64,000 bases of DNA from Promethearchaeota archaeon. Its GTDB lineage: Archaea > Asgardarchaeota > Lokiarchaeia > Sigyniarchaeales > SOKP01. Every line of letters starts with the position of its first letter. Within the stretch, counting starts at the first letter, position 1. The notes beneath the pieces were generated by a model. That model was given only the letters and a program-made list of their open reading frames with translations. It was not told the origin of the DNA and made no database searches. The stretch is taken from positions 1-64,000 of the forward strand of contig JBHLOY010000007.1 in the NCBI GenBank assembly GCA_048939995.1. The letters are read 5' to 3'. This document shows, piece by piece, positions 29,872 through 40,869 of the stretch. The translations under genes were made by a program, and so were the position numbers.

Positions 29872-31704
29872 TTATATTAATACATCTAAATCTAATTCAC
29901 TTAATTTTTTAATGCTTGGTCTGCCTGAAATGGGATCCCATTCTCTATATTTGTAAAATAACGATTTAAGTTTTTCAAAATCTGGACTTTTTCCAGCAGA
30001 ACCCCCCTCCTTGAAAGGATTTGTCAAAATTTTAGGTAACCTATCCTCAGAAGCATTTAAACCCATTTTAATGTTAAATAAGCGTTTAAGATTTGAAATT
30101 CGTTCTCCATATAATTTTATTTCATGTAAACCAAATTTCAATCCTGTAGTATATTCAATTAGTTTGGCATTTTGAGATGGTAAAGGATTACAGAATGAAC
30201 ACATTATCATAGAACTGTATAATGCCCTATAATCCATGAGCAAAGAACAAAATTCTGCCATATCTTTATTATCAGAATATTTATCAATTTGTTTAATTCC
30301 AATTTCTTCTAATGGTACTCCAACTAAAACATAATAAGCATCTAACAAATTATGGGATGGCCCTTTTGAACCTAGTCCGTATGCAATTGCCATCCCATAA
30401 TTGGAACGAATATCATGATATGTTACTTCCATACCATCAACGGTGGCAATTTCATCTTGAGAAATTTTAAACTTCTTGGCAACTGCATTAGATCCTTCAG
30501 CCAATAAATTCCCTATTCCCTCTCTATAAACAATCTTCTCTAATAATTTTTCTGCAACTTCTGTATTGCCCCACTCTAGTTCTAATCCATCTAAATCATT
30601 AATTGTAAGCTTTCCTTTTTTGAAGTGATGAGTTAAGCAAGAAATTATGCTTCCCGAACTTATAGTGTCAATTCCATAATCAAAACATATTCTATTGATG
30701 TGGGTTATCCATCCTAAATTGTCATTTAGGTATAGAGAACCAAAACTAACCAAAGTTTCATATTCAGGACCTTCAATCTCATCAGTTTTATAAGCTCCTT
30801 CTTTTATCGCAATCCTCCTCCCACATCCGATAATACATGAATGGCAAAATCTATTCTTAACTAAAATGCTTTCTGCCATGGTCGCTCCTGATATGTTATA
30901 TGTTCCTTCCCATTGTGGAATTGTAAAATATTTATTAGGTAATTCGCCAATTACATTATACATATCCATCGCTCCTGAGGTTCCTAAATCTCTTAAAACC
31001 TGAGTAACGAAAGATGCTTTTACAGTTTCTCTTACTCTATTTATTACTTCTCTTAGCTTCTCAAGATTGTCAACTTCTAAGTTAATTTTACTCCCTTTTA
31101 CGACTATTCCTTTTAATTTTTTAAACCCTAGAATTGCGCCCATACCTGTTCGACCTGCTGCCCTTTCTTCTGAAATTATATTAGCAAATTTGACCAAATT
31201 CTCTCCTGCAGGTCCTATACATGCAACTTGTGCTTTTGGTTCACTGATCAATTCTTTTAGTTTAGCTGTTGTATAGTAGGTTCCTTTTCCCCATAATTCT
31301 TTAGCATCCTTAAGTTCTGCCTCCTCATCCTTTACTTCAAGATAAATAGGTTTATGGGATGACCCTAAAATTATTATTCCGTCATATCCTGCTTTTTTAA
31401 TTTCAGCTCCAAACCAACTACCACAATTAGACTCCCCCCAAATACCTGTATATGGTGATTTTGAACAAACAACCCACCTACCTGTATTTGGAGCAAATGT
31501 TCCATTTAATGGACCATTCATTATCATAAGAACATTATCCGAAGAAAGTGGATCAGTAGATTTATTTATTAGATCATGTAAATATCGACAGGAATAACCC
31601 GCTCCTCCCAAATAATTTTTTGCATAATTTTCATTTAAAGGTTCTTTAGAGATTTTTGTAGTAGATAAATCGACCTTTAATAATTTTCCTCTGAATCCTT
31701 TCAA
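29872..31704 (-). CDS. aor: Aldehyde:ferredoxin oxidoreductase (W/Mo-pterin family)
   Basis: KSP.TG..GESN.G, IGPAGEN, AAGRTGMG, CxxCxxxC, EYET and DTIS motifs. Confidence 0.93.
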   Translation of the reverse strand: MKGFRGKLLKVDLSTTKISKEPLNENYAKNYLGGAGYSCRYLHDLINKSTDPLSSDNVLMIMNGPLNGTFAPNTGRWVVCSKSPYTGIWGESNCGSWFGAEIKKAGYDGIIILGSSHKPIYLEVKDEEAELKDAKELWGKGTYYTTAKLKELISEPKAQVACIGPAGENLVKFANIISEERAAGRTGMGAILGFKKLKGIVVKGSKINLEVDNLEKLREVINRVRETVKASFVTQVLRDLGTSGAMDMYNVIGELPNKYFTIPQWEGTYNISGATMAESILVKNRFCHSCIIGCGRRIAIKEGAYKTDEIEGPEYETLVSFGSLYLNDNLGWITHINRICFDYGIDTISSGSIISCLTHHFKKGKLTINDLDGLELEWGNTEVAEKLLEKIVYREGIGNLLAEGSNAVAKKFKISQDEIATVDGMEVTYHDIRSNYGMAIAYGLGSKGPSHNLLDAYYVLVGVPLEEIGIKQIDKYSDNKDMAEFCSLLMDYRALYSSMIMCSFCNPLPSQNAKLIEYTTGLKFGLHEIKLYGERISNLKRLFNIKMGLNASEDRLPKILTNPFKEGGSAGKSPDFEKLKSLFYKYREWDPISGRPSIKKLSELDLDVLI

Positions 31705-31828
31705 TGTAATTGTAAATCACTTTAAAATAATAATTGTTATAAGTTTGTAGTTCGCTTTATACTTATTTTAATTACGCTTATTTTCTATAAAATCTATAGA
31801 AGAATTTTTTTTAATCATGATAACTTAA

Positions 31829-32344
31829 ATGAGTATTATGGCATCTAAAAATCAACTTAAATGGAGTGATCTTGAATCACCTACCATGGCTCTAGAGGAA
31901 TATTTAAAGATCTATAAAGATAAAATAGAGTTTAATTACAAAACTTATGAACCAAAAACAGAAATTCTAAATAAAATTAGTGGGTTTTTAGAAAAGGAAA
32001 AAGAAACGTTAAATATTCTAGCTTTAGGAGCTGATTGGTGCCCTGATTGTAATAGAAATATACCAAGATTAATTAAAATTGTAAAGATGCTAAATAATAA
32101 AGACCTGACTCTTAAAATTTTATATGGAATTATGAAAGACGCATTTCATAAACCTAATGAACCAATTTGGCACAAAAAACGATCACCAAAAGAAGCTCTA
32201 AATCCGAAATTTGATTTAAAAGCCATTCCTACAATTTATTTTTTTAACAAGAAGGGAGATTATTTAGGAGCAATTATAGAGAACCCCAAAGAAGAATCAA
32301 CAATTGAGGAAGATGTGCTCGAAATACTCCAAAAAAGCCTATAA
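31829..32344 (+). CDS. Thioredoxin-family protein
   Basis: WCPDC active site and cis-Pro motif IPT. Confidence 0.85.
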   Translation: MSIMASKNQLKWSDLESPTMALEEYLKIYKDKIEFNYKTYEPKTEILNKISGFLEKEKETLNILALGADWCPDCNRNIPRLIKIVKMLNNKDLTLKILYGIMKDAFHKPNEPIWHKKRSPKEALNPKFDLKAIPTIYFFNKKGDYLGAIIENPKEESTIEEDVLEILQKSL

Positions 32345-32403
32345 TTTTTATTTTCTGTATCATCTAATCAACATTTAAATTAATAGGAAGCTATAATATT
32401 CCT

Positions 32404-34449
32404 ATGTCTAAATTAAAAGTTAAGAAAGTCATTATTTTCAAACATGGAGTTTCCTATTATATTCTTGAGGGGATTGTAAAGGGAACTGATACATTTGAGC
32501 TTGAGTTCAAAATTGATGAGATGGACGATATATTAAAATCACTCTTTGTTTTAGATACCAGTAAAAATGGTTATATTAGTTCTATATCTTATGATGCGGC
32601 ATTAGATACTTCACAACTACTAAAATCCATAATGTTAGATATACCAGATACAGATTCATTTAGTTCTCTCGTGGCACAAATAAAGGGAGCAAGTGTTGAT
32701 CTAAGTATTGGTGGAGCTAAGAAGATTTCAGGGACAATTATGGGTATTGAGACCGTAGAAAAAGTAGTTAAAGATGAGAAGATTTTTGAGAAAAAACTTG
32801 TTTTATTACAAGATGAAGAAGTTGTTACAAAAATCGGATTTAATGAGATAAAATCATTGGACATTCTAAATGAAGATATAAAGAAGGATTTGAAATTTTT
32901 CTTGGATACTGTAATATCCGGTAAAAAGAAAGATGCTAAAAAAATTATAATTAATTGTGAGTCAGGTGGAGATGATAACGTTGAAAGGAACGTTTTTGTC
33001 TCGTATATCCGAGAAAGTCCCATTTGGAAAACTTCCTATCGTCTAATTATAAGTAAGGAGCAAGCGCTGGAGAATAAATGTTTATTATCTGGATGGAGCT
33101 TAATTGAAAATACCACAAATCAAGATTGGGAAGCTATAGAATTAAGTCTTGTTGCTGGAATGCCTGTTTCATTTAAGTACGAATTTTATCGACCGATATT
33201 TATTGAAAGGCCAGTAATTAGACCACCTAAGGTATTGAGCGCGAAGCCAACTGAAATTGAAGAAGGTTTAGAAACAGAAAGATTTAAAGAATATGCGATG
33301 GCAGAAGAGGCAGCACCTACCAGAAGTCTCAAAAAAGCTGCAAGGATGGCTGTTGCTGGAGCTCCAGCGCCAATAGCAAAACAACGTGGTGGCTTCGGAT
33401 ATACAGGAAACGAATTATCTGATGAAGTATTAATGGATAAAATTAAATCACAAACAAAAACTCAGACTAAAGATCTAGGAGAACTATTTGAATATAATAT
33501 AGCAAAACCAGTTTCAATTAAGAGAAAACAGTCAGCTCTAGTCCCTATTTTAACAGAATCAATTAAGGCAAAGAAAGTATTATTATATAATAAAAATGAA
33601 CATGATAGAAATCCAAATGCATGCATAGAAATAACGAATAATACAAATTTAACATTAGAGAGAGGTCCAGCGACGATTATCTATGATGATAATCTTGCTG
33701 GAGAAGCAATTATCCCCTTCTTGAACAAGGATGATACACGACTCTTAAATTATGCGATTGAGCAGGCCATAATCATAACACACGAGCAAAAATCAGAGAA
33801 TCTTAGCGTACATAAAGTAACCTTCGGAAGTGGATATTCTTATGAACATTATTTTACCAATATCACAACTATATACAAAATGAACAATAAAACTGATGAG
33901 GAAAAAGAATTATACTTGGATCATCCGAAAACTTATGAATTCAAATTTATCGAAAAACCAGTAGAACCTGAAGAAACTCCCAATTATTGGCGATTTAAAA
34001 TAACTTTAAAACCAAAAGAAGCAATTAAATTCACACTTAAAGAACAAAGAGAAAACTATAGTAGTAATTATTTATGGAATTGGTCAAAGGATGATTTCTT
34101 AAAACGTATTGGATTTTATGTTAAAAAGAAGTTTATTGATGCCGCCCTTGAAAACCAATTAAAAGAAATAGCTGAGCAAATACAAAAATTAAATGATCTT
34201 AAAGATATGAGAGAAAAACTCTATGAAGAAAGAGATTTAATGACAAATGAACAAGTAAGACTTAGAGAAAACATTTCTGTCTTAGGAGATGATTCGCAAT
34301 CAATCACCCTAAAAGAAAGATATGTGAAAAAGTTAAACGATCAAGAAAATAGATTTGAAAAGATTTCAGTAGAATTAACAAAATTAGATAAAGAGGTTGA
34401 TTCATTGAACAAAGAAATTCAGAAGAAAATGGAAAAATTACCAGCTTAA
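32404..34449 (+). CDS. DUF4139-like protein with C-terminal coiled coil
   Basis: MDDILKSL, P.WKTSYRL, ENTT.QDW..IELSLVAG.P, GELFEY and QSALVPI patterns. Confidence 0.7.
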   Translation: MSKLKVKKVIIFKHGVSYYILEGIVKGTDTFELEFKIDEMDDILKSLFVLDTSKNGYISSISYDAALDTSQLLKSIMLDIPDTDSFSSLVAQIKGASVDLSIGGAKKISGTIMGIETVEKVVKDEKIFEKKLVLLQDEEVVTKIGFNEIKSLDILNEDIKKDLKFFLDTVISGKKKDAKKIIINCESGGDDNVERNVFVSYIRESPIWKTSYRLIISKEQALENKCLLSGWSLIENTTNQDWEAIELSLVAGMPVSFKYEFYRPIFIERPVIRPPKVLSAKPTEIEEGLETERFKEYAMAEEAAPTRSLKKAARMAVAGAPAPIAKQRGGFGYTGNELSDEVLMDKIKSQTKTQTKDLGELFEYNIAKPVSIKRKQSALVPILTESIKAKKVLLYNKNEHDRNPNACIEITNNTNLTLERGPATIIYDDNLAGEAIIPFLNKDDTRLLNYAIEQAIIITHEQKSENLSVHKVTFGSGYSYEHYFTNITTIYKMNNKTDEEKELYLDHPKTYEFKFIEKPVEPEETPNYWRFKITLKPKEAIKFTLKEQRENYSSNYLWNWSKDDFLKRIGFYVKKKFIDAALENQLKEIAEQIQKLNDLKDMREKLYEERDLMTNEQVRLRENISVLGDDSQSITLKERYVKKLNDQENRFEKISVELTKLDKEVDSLNKEIQKKMEKLPA

Positions 34450-34575
34450 CCTTTTCTGTTTATTTTCATACTTTTTTTCCAATAAATAAGTAATTATTCA
34501 TTTGATAAATTTCTAAAATGGAAAAGAACTTAAATTATGAAATATTATATATGAATACATTTGAAGGTGTAAACC

Positions 34576-34788
34576 ATGAGTATCGAAGAACTTGAAGATC
34601 AAGTTGAAAAATTATTAGAAGAAAGAGATAAGCTCGAAGAAATATGCGATACGCTCCCTGAGTGCGAAGAAGATGATGGATGTGAAACTTGCAAAAATTA
34701 CGAAAAGATTTCTGAGCTCGATGACAAAATCGAAGAACTAGAAAACAAAATTGAAGAACTAACGGGCGAAGAAGAGGACGACGATTAG
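34576..34788 (+). CDS. Small acidic coiled-coil hairpin protein with four central Cys
   Basis: AGGTG SD; heptad repeats flank C-x5-C-x5-C-x2-C. Confidence 0.75.
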   Translation: MSIEELEDQVEKLLEERDKLEEICDTLPECEEDDGCETCKNYEKISELDDKIEELENKIEELTGEEEDDD

Positions 34789-34826
34789 ACAAATCTTTTT
34801 TCTAATAAATTTTAATTATTCTTCTT

Positions 34827-35726
34827 TTATTTTATTTTTAACTTTTTTAACTCTTTAATTGCCAGATCAAGGCCTTCATTTAAAGTGACTTTAGTTTTAA
34901 ATCCAAGTTTTTCCTCGGCTTTAGTAGGCTTAGCATAGAATTTACTAACATCGTACGATCGAGATTTAGAAAATTTAATTTGTGAGTGACTTCTTGTTTT
35001 TTCAATAATTAATCTAGCTAACTCTTTTAAAGAGATGGGAATACCACTTGAAATATTGTAAACATCAAAGGGGATATCGCTTTTTGAAATTTCTTGAATA
35101 CAAGCGTAGATTCCTTGAACAGTATCTTCAATATATGTGAAATCAAATTGCTCATTGCCACTCCCATTGATAATTAAATCTTCATCATTGAGTGCTTGAA
35201 TAATAAACTTCGGAATTACTCGATCTAGTTGATCTCTAATTCCAGTATATACATTTGAGAACCTTAACACTCTTGTTTTTACCCCATAATGAGTAGAATA
35301 AATCTTACATATATCTTCTCCGGTTACTTTCGAGATTCCATAGATATTAATGCTTTTTCTAGGAGAATCTTCGGTAACAGGCAAAAATGGTGATTCTCCA
35401 TACACTTCTCTAGATGATCCAAAAACAACCCAAGGGTAATTTTTACTCCCTTTTCTGGCAACTTCAAGAACATTACTAGTACCTCCAATATTTGTTTGAA
35501 TGCATTTTAAAGGATTCTCTTGAGCAATCTTTACTCTACTTACTGCTGCTAAATGAATCACACCATCTATATTTTCCATCTTTGCTTCCAAGCGATCTAA
35601 ATCTCTTATATTATCCTTTGGGTTCTCTCTTATATCATATGAGATAATTTCAATATTAATTTGCTCTAACATGCACTTAAGAGCAGATCCTATAAATCCT
35701 TCACTTCCAGTAATTAAGAGCTTCAT
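34827..35726 (-). CDS. NAD-dependent epimerase/dehydratase (extended SDR)
   Basis: TGSEGFIG, HLAA, and YxxxK (YGISK). Confidence 0.9.
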   Translation of the reverse strand: MKLLITGSEGFIGSALKCMLEQINIEIISYDIRENPKDNIRDLDRLEAKMENIDGVIHLAAVSRVKIAQENPLKCIQTNIGGTSNVLEVARKGSKNYPWVVFGSSREVYGESPFLPVTEDSPRKSINIYGISKVTGEDICKIYSTHYGVKTRVLRFSNVYTGIRDQLDRVIPKFIIQALNDEDLIINGSGNEQFDFTYIEDTVQGIYACIQEISKSDIPFDVYNISSGIPISLKELARLIIEKTRSHSQIKFSKSRSYDVSKFYAKPTKAEEKLGFKTKVTLNEGLDLAIKELKKLKIK

Positions 35727-35859
35727 AATTTGATCAAATATAAAATATCATTTAATGTTTAAGGTTGTTGTGCTTAAAAAAACTTAAATAATTACATCAT
35801 ATTTTCCTCATTATACTTATTTTCTAACTAGAAATTAAATCAAAAAAGATGATTTAAAA

Positions 35860-37158
35860 GTGAGCGAAAAAAAAAAATTCCAAACTCAAGCTATTGATGA
35901 TGAGATTTTGGATAAATTAAGCTTGAAAAATCGCTATGCTTTCTTGAATAATAATCTAACTTCTATTTTATCCCCGAAAGAATTTAACTTTTTACGCGAA
36001 GTCCAACGCTTCTGCATGAGGTTTGAAAAAAAGAACAACATTACTCATGGACCAGATGAGGATATTTATGAGTGGGTTCCCGAATTTGGGGAAAAAGGAT
36101 ATATTACACGACAACACACATTTGATGTGTGTGATGTGCATTATGATGAATGGGGGTTAGCTCCTGATTTTATGAGAAACATTGCAATTGATATGTTTGA
36201 CCCTCAGTTCGCAATGGGTGGTGGGGCTACTGTTTTAGCTATAAATCCTGTATATGAACATCATGAACATTTCCCTGTTAGATTAGAAGCATTAAAAGAA
36301 TTGGTCACGGGAAAAAGCCCGGGAGCTATCTTAATCACGGAACCAGAGAGAGGTTCTGATGCTGTCCATCAATTAACTACTTGCACTGAGCAAGATGATG
36401 GTAGCTATCTTCTTAATGGGACTAAAATATACAATACTAACGCACCCCGATCTAAATGGGTTGTATCCTATGCTGCAGCTGAAGCGAATAACGGAAATAC
36501 TATGGCTCAATTTTTAGTTAACACAAATTGGGATGGCTTTAAAGTCGAAAGGGTTAACATTCCATGGGTTCCTAAATTATATCTTGGTAAAGAAACATTT
36601 ACTAACCTTAGAGTGCCCAAAGAATACATTTTGGGTCCAGTAGGAAAAGGACGTGAACATCTCTTCGAAGGACTTGTACCAGAGAGGATATCCATCGCAA
36701 TCATGAGTATGAGCGAATGCTGGGGTGCCTTAGCTCATGCAGTAATTTATGCAAATCTTAGAAAGCAATTTGATCAAGAAATTCTGAAATTCCAAGGAGT
36801 TGGATTTTTACTGGCAGATTTATGGGCTCAAACTACCAATTTGACAATAGGATTGCTTAAATTCTGTGAAGCTTATGATGAAAAATTTGAGAAATTTGGC
36901 GGTGAAATCCCAAAAAATATCTCCCAAGCAATGGTGGCGGGGGCATCACAGATGAAATACCACGCTGCTAAATTGTCTAGAAAAGTCTGCTATGAAAGTG
37001 CTAATCTAATGGGAGGGGCTGGGCTCTGTGATAATACTTTAATGCATGATTATTTGAATATTTCTCGAATCCAAGAAATTGTGGGTGGGTCTAGACAGAT
37101 CCAACAATATATAATGAGTCTAAGCTTACGAACTTTATATAAGATGTCCGTAGGTTAA
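35860..37158 (+). CDS. Acyl-CoA dehydrogenase family protein
   Basis: ITEPERGSD, LNGTKIYNTN, RKQFDQ.I..FQGV, MGGAG and EIVGG motifs. Confidence 0.9.
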   Translation: MSEKKKFQTQAIDDEILDKLSLKNRYAFLNNNLTSILSPKEFNFLREVQRFCMRFEKKNNITHGPDEDIYEWVPEFGEKGYITRQHTFDVCDVHYDEWGLAPDFMRNIAIDMFDPQFAMGGGATVLAINPVYEHHEHFPVRLEALKELVTGKSPGAILITEPERGSDAVHQLTTCTEQDDGSYLLNGTKIYNTNAPRSKWVVSYAAAEANNGNTMAQFLVNTNWDGFKVERVNIPWVPKLYLGKETFTNLRVPKEYILGPVGKGREHLFEGLVPERISIAIMSMSECWGALAHAVIYANLRKQFDQEILKFQGVGFLLADLWAQTTNLTIGLLKFCEAYDEKFEKFGGEIPKNISQAMVAGASQMKYHAAKLSRKVCYESANLMGGAGLCDNTLMHDYLNISRIQEIVGGSRQIQQYIMSLSLRTLYKMSVG

Positions 37159-37203
37159 GTTTGGGTTAATAAATTTAAATTTTTTTTTTTTAATTTCTTA
37201 TCA

Positions 37204-38310
37204 TTAACAAATCATCTTTAATGAGTAATCTTTTTTTTTTTTTAGTATTATCATTGTTAACCCTATGATGGTTATAGTTGATATCCCTATTAAAATATAC
37301 AAATGAAATCCAGGTAGAGTACCAGTTTCTTCGCTCCACGGTAAAGGACATGACATAAATGGAAAATTATCCTCAGCTCCGGCTTTACCACCTATGGTAT
37401 AAGGGGAGTCCCCTATCCCATTATTGTCTACATCTTCTCCTAAATAATCATCCCAATAATTGCCTCTTACGCCGTTATCCCATTGATTATTCAAGCCGTC
37501 ATCTCGTGCGTTTATTGTATTATTAAAACAATTGAGATATATTTCATTTCCAGCTGAGAGAGTAGTAATATCCAATCCTCTGTCAACATTTGTTTTAATT
37601 ACATTTTGTATAATTGTATTATTATTTGAATAGACTTCAAGACGGATACCATCCCCATTATTAGAGACTAGATTGTTTGAAATCACATTCTTTCTATCGT
37701 AACCATCAAGAAGTATCCCTGTATCAGTATTATTCTCTACCACATTATGAGAAATAATATTATGAGTATTCTGATAATTTATCTCTCCATCTAAAAATAT
37801 TCCATATAAAAAGTTGAAAGATGCGTTGTTTGAACTAATTACATTATAACTTGAATTTTGCAACCAAAATAAAGCGCCGCTTAAAGGTATGTTGTGATTA
37901 TTAGTCATCAATCCATTTGTTACATTTATTAAATGGATTCCAACTTGAAAATAATATGATAAAAATTGACAATTTCTAATTATGAAATACTCTCTTGAAT
38001 TTTGAATTGTTAAACAATCATCACCAGTAAATGCAAATGTATTGAATATATGATTTTGAATTATATAAGGATTTGCTACAGTACCAAAACCTGTACAATA
38101 ACCTTGAGATTTAGCCCAACTCCAATTAAATTGACTTTTTGGAAGTCCATTTATTGTTATTGGTGAAAAGTAAGAAGCTGAAACTTTTAAGTCAATATTA
38201 TCTATTGAATCCTTAAAGCCTATTTTTACATTATTGCTATTAATTGCTATCATTGAAGTAGTAATAAGTAGAAGAGAAAGTAAAATAAAATAAGATTTTT
38301 CAATTTTCAA
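37204..38310 (-). CDS. Secreted NosD-like parallel beta-helix protein with LPGF-TM-basic C-terminal anchor
   Basis: Signal peptide, Asn-rich beta-helix repeats, GNYWDDY.G.D...NGIGD.PY, C-terminal LPGF + TM + KKKK. Confidence 0.85.
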   Translation of the reverse strand: MKIEKSYFILLSLLLITTSMIAINSNNVKIGFKDSIDNIDLKVSASYFSPITINGLPKSQFNWSWAKSQGYCTGFGTVANPYIIQNHIFNTFAFTGDDCLTIQNSREYFIIRNCQFLSYYFQVGIHLINVTNGLMTNNHNIPLSGALFWLQNSSYNVISSNNASFNFLYGIFLDGEINYQNTHNIISHNVVENNTDTGILLDGYDRKNVISNNLVSNNGDGIRLEVYSNNNTIIQNVIKTNVDRGLDITTLSAGNEIYLNCFNNTINARDDGLNNQWDNGVRGNYWDDYLGEDVDNNGIGDSPYTIGGKAGAEDNFPFMSCPLPWSEETGTLPGFHLYILIGISTITIIGLTMIILKKKKDYSLKMIC

Positions 38311-38443
38311 TATTAAATCCCCTATTCCTATTTTTTTATATAGAAAATAGGTTTGTCCTATAAAAATATATCTCCTAACGCTTTAGGATTAAGTTGAATA
38401 AATTAAATAATAAAAAAGAAAATTTTTTAAGTAAATTTTTTCT

Positions 38444-39163
38444 TTAAGAAGTGCTTCGTGGTTTAGGCATGAAATTATACAGCCATAATGCAAACTCACG
38501 AGGATTTCTTGATTGCATTATAACCCTTCCAGGACCTTTTAATTGAGTTATCAAACCTTCCCCCGAAAGAAATGTTGACTTTAAACCTCCGACTCTTTTA
38601 ATGTCAAAAGAAACAGTTGATTCCATTGCAACTAAATGTCCGTTATCACAATTAAAAAGTTGATTGTCAGCTAAATTTGTTTCAATAAATGCTCCCATAG
38701 CACCAACAAATAAATCCCCAGGTCCGTTTAATGCGTCTATTTTTAAGTAAAAAGCTCTTTCCCCACCAAAAATAGACCTTTTTAAACCCAGGAAACTTGT
38801 TTCTGTCTCAAAATGTATAGAGCTAGCAATGAAGCATCCGCTAAAAAGTATCCAACTATCATTTTTTTCTAATGAAAGATGCATTAAATCTCCAGGAAAG
38901 GCAGGAGCTAATCCTAGATTCCCTTCTTCATTAGCCTCAAATGTGTTCATAAAGAAAGTTTCACCAGCTAAAACACGTTTTAGTGACTTCAGAAATCCTT
39001 TCGAAGCCTTTTTTGTAGAAATACTCAAAGTGGGATCAAAATATATCATAGTTCCACCTTCACACTGTATTTGCTGCCCTTTACTTAAATGAATTTCTAT
39101 ATAAGAAAAAGTAGGACTTTTTAATATATCATATTCATACTCTTTTCCATTTGTCATTGTCAT
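38444..39163 (-). CDS. AIM24/TIGR00266 family protein
   Basis: R.LAGETFFMN, LAP.FPGD, DNGHLVA, SGEGL...GPG.V..QSRN motifs. Confidence 0.9.
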   Translation of the reverse strand: MTMTNGKEYEYDILKSPTFSYIEIHLSKGQQIQCEGGTMIYFDPTLSISTKKASKGFLKSLKRVLAGETFFMNTFEANEEGNLGLAPAFPGDLMHLSLEKNDSWILFSGCFIASSIHFETETSFLGLKRSIFGGERAFYLKIDALNGPGDLFVGAMGAFIETNLADNQLFNCDNGHLVAMESTVSFDIKRVGGLKSTFLSGEGLITQLKGPGRVIMQSRNPREFALWLYNFMPKPRSTS

Positions 39164-39297
39164 TCACGTTATTTTTCAATATGGATAAAAAATATAAATT
39201 AATCCTAATAAACTTTTATTTATTACACAGTTAAATACTTCATACTATTAAACTAGGGATAAAAAAATAGAAAAAAGAAATTATTGAAAAGTTTGAA

Positions 39298-40599
39298 CTA
39301 TATGCCCGTCATCTTGTAAAGTGTCCTCATAGCCATAGACATAATGTATTGCTGTATTTGTCTACTTCCTCCAACTATTTCTTGAATCCTGGAGATATTT
39401 AGAAGGTCATGCATTAAAGTATTATCAGATAATCCAGCACCACCCATAAGATTTGCGGCCTCATAACAAATTTGCATTGAAAGCGATGTACAGTGATATT
39501 TAAACATAGAGGCTGAAGCTACCATGGCTTGGGAGATGTTTTTGGGCAATTCACCTCCAAATTTCTCAACTTTCTCATCATATTTCTCACAAAATCTTAG
39601 AAGACCAAGAGTTACATTAGTTAATCGTGCCCATAGATCCGTTAAAAGAAAACCAACACCCTGAAATTTTAGAATTTCTTGATCAAATTGCTTTCGATTG
39701 TTTACGTAAATTGCTGCGTGAGCAACAGCATTCCAACACTGAGAAGTAGAGTCTAATGCTATGCCAATCCTTTCTGGTACTAAACCTTCGAATAGATGTT
39801 CTCTACCCTTTCCAATTCCCCCGAGTACAAATTCTTTGGGGACATGTAAATTCCTGAAGAACTCATGTCCAAGAAAAACGCGTGGGACCCATGGAATAAA
39901 CACACGTTCGCAAATCCACCCATCCCAAGAAGTATCAATAAGAAATTGCGCCATCGTATTTCCATTATTAGCTTCGGCTGTAGCATAAGCAACTACATAA
40001 CCTGATTTTGGAGCATTAGTATTGTATATTTTTTCTCCATTTAGAATGAAACTTCCATCGGGTTGTTCTTCACATAAAGTGAGCATGTGAACAGCATCTG
40101 ATCCTCGCTCCGGTTCAGTAATTAAAATTGCACCTGGAGATCCTCCGGTTACAAATTTTTTTAAAATTTCGAGTCTGATGGGGATATTTTCATGATGATA
40201 GTAAACTGGATTTATAGCTAACACGGTTGCCCCACCTGCCATACTGAATTGAGGATCAAAGAAATTAAGTGCTAAACAACGTAATAGTTCTACTGTCATC
40301 CCATTTTCAGGATAACTAAGATCAATTTCTTCATATGGATGTGCCCTAGAGATCAATCCTTCCTTTCCAAATTCGGGAATCCACTCATAGACATCCTCAT
40401 CAGTTCTATGAGAGATGTTATTCTTTTTCTCAAATCGCATACAAAATTTTTCAGCTTTTTTAAGGAAATTAAGTTGTTCCGGTTCCAGTGCAGTCATAAG
40501 GGCAGTATTTAGGAACTGATATCTGCTTTTTAAGCTTAACTTTTCTAAAATCTCATCGTTAATAGCTTGACTCATAAATTTGGTTTTTTTCTCTTCCAA
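39298..40599 (-). CDS. Acyl-CoA dehydrogenase family protein (paralog of 35860-37158)
   Basis: Same motifs and long identical peptide blocks with the neighbouring paralog. Confidence 0.9.
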   Translation of the reverse strand: MEEKKTKFMSQAINDEILEKLSLKSRYQFLNTALMTALEPEQLNFLKKAEKFCMRFEKKNNISHRTDEDVYEWIPEFGKEGLISRAHPYEEIDLSYPENGMTVELLRCLALNFFDPQFSMAGGATVLAINPVYYHHENIPIRLEILKKFVTGGSPGAILITEPERGSDAVHMLTLCEEQPDGSFILNGEKIYNTNAPKSGYVVAYATAEANNGNTMAQFLIDTSWDGWICERVFIPWVPRVFLGHEFFRNLHVPKEFVLGGIGKGREHLFEGLVPERIGIALDSTSQCWNAVAHAAIYVNNRKQFDQEILKFQGVGFLLTDLWARLTNVTLGLLRFCEKYDEKVEKFGGELPKNISQAMVASASMFKYHCTSLSMQICYEAANLMGGAGLSDNTLMHDLLNISRIQEIVGGSRQIQQYIMSMAMRTLYKMTGI

Positions 40600-40869
40600 T
40601 TTTTAACTCCTCTTTAGTTTTTTAATATTTTATAGGGATAGTATTATGATTAGAAAAGTAAGAATTGACTTTTTAATTTTGTTAAAATTTATTATTCCAA
40701 TTTGAAAATAAAATGTCTGTTTTAGAAATTTTTACAAGAATTCGTTATATCTAAGAAATAATTAGATAAATATAATTGCAATTCTGCGTAATTTATTTGA
40801 TGATATTTGACATATTAAAGTACTGACGGTGAATAAACTTAGTTTAACCAAGGCTAAAAAATAATATGA

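Noticed and set aside
40797-40830. TGATGA...CTGA resembling a box C/D sRNA
   Set aside because: The spacing is too short for two guides and there is no terminal stem; likely chance.
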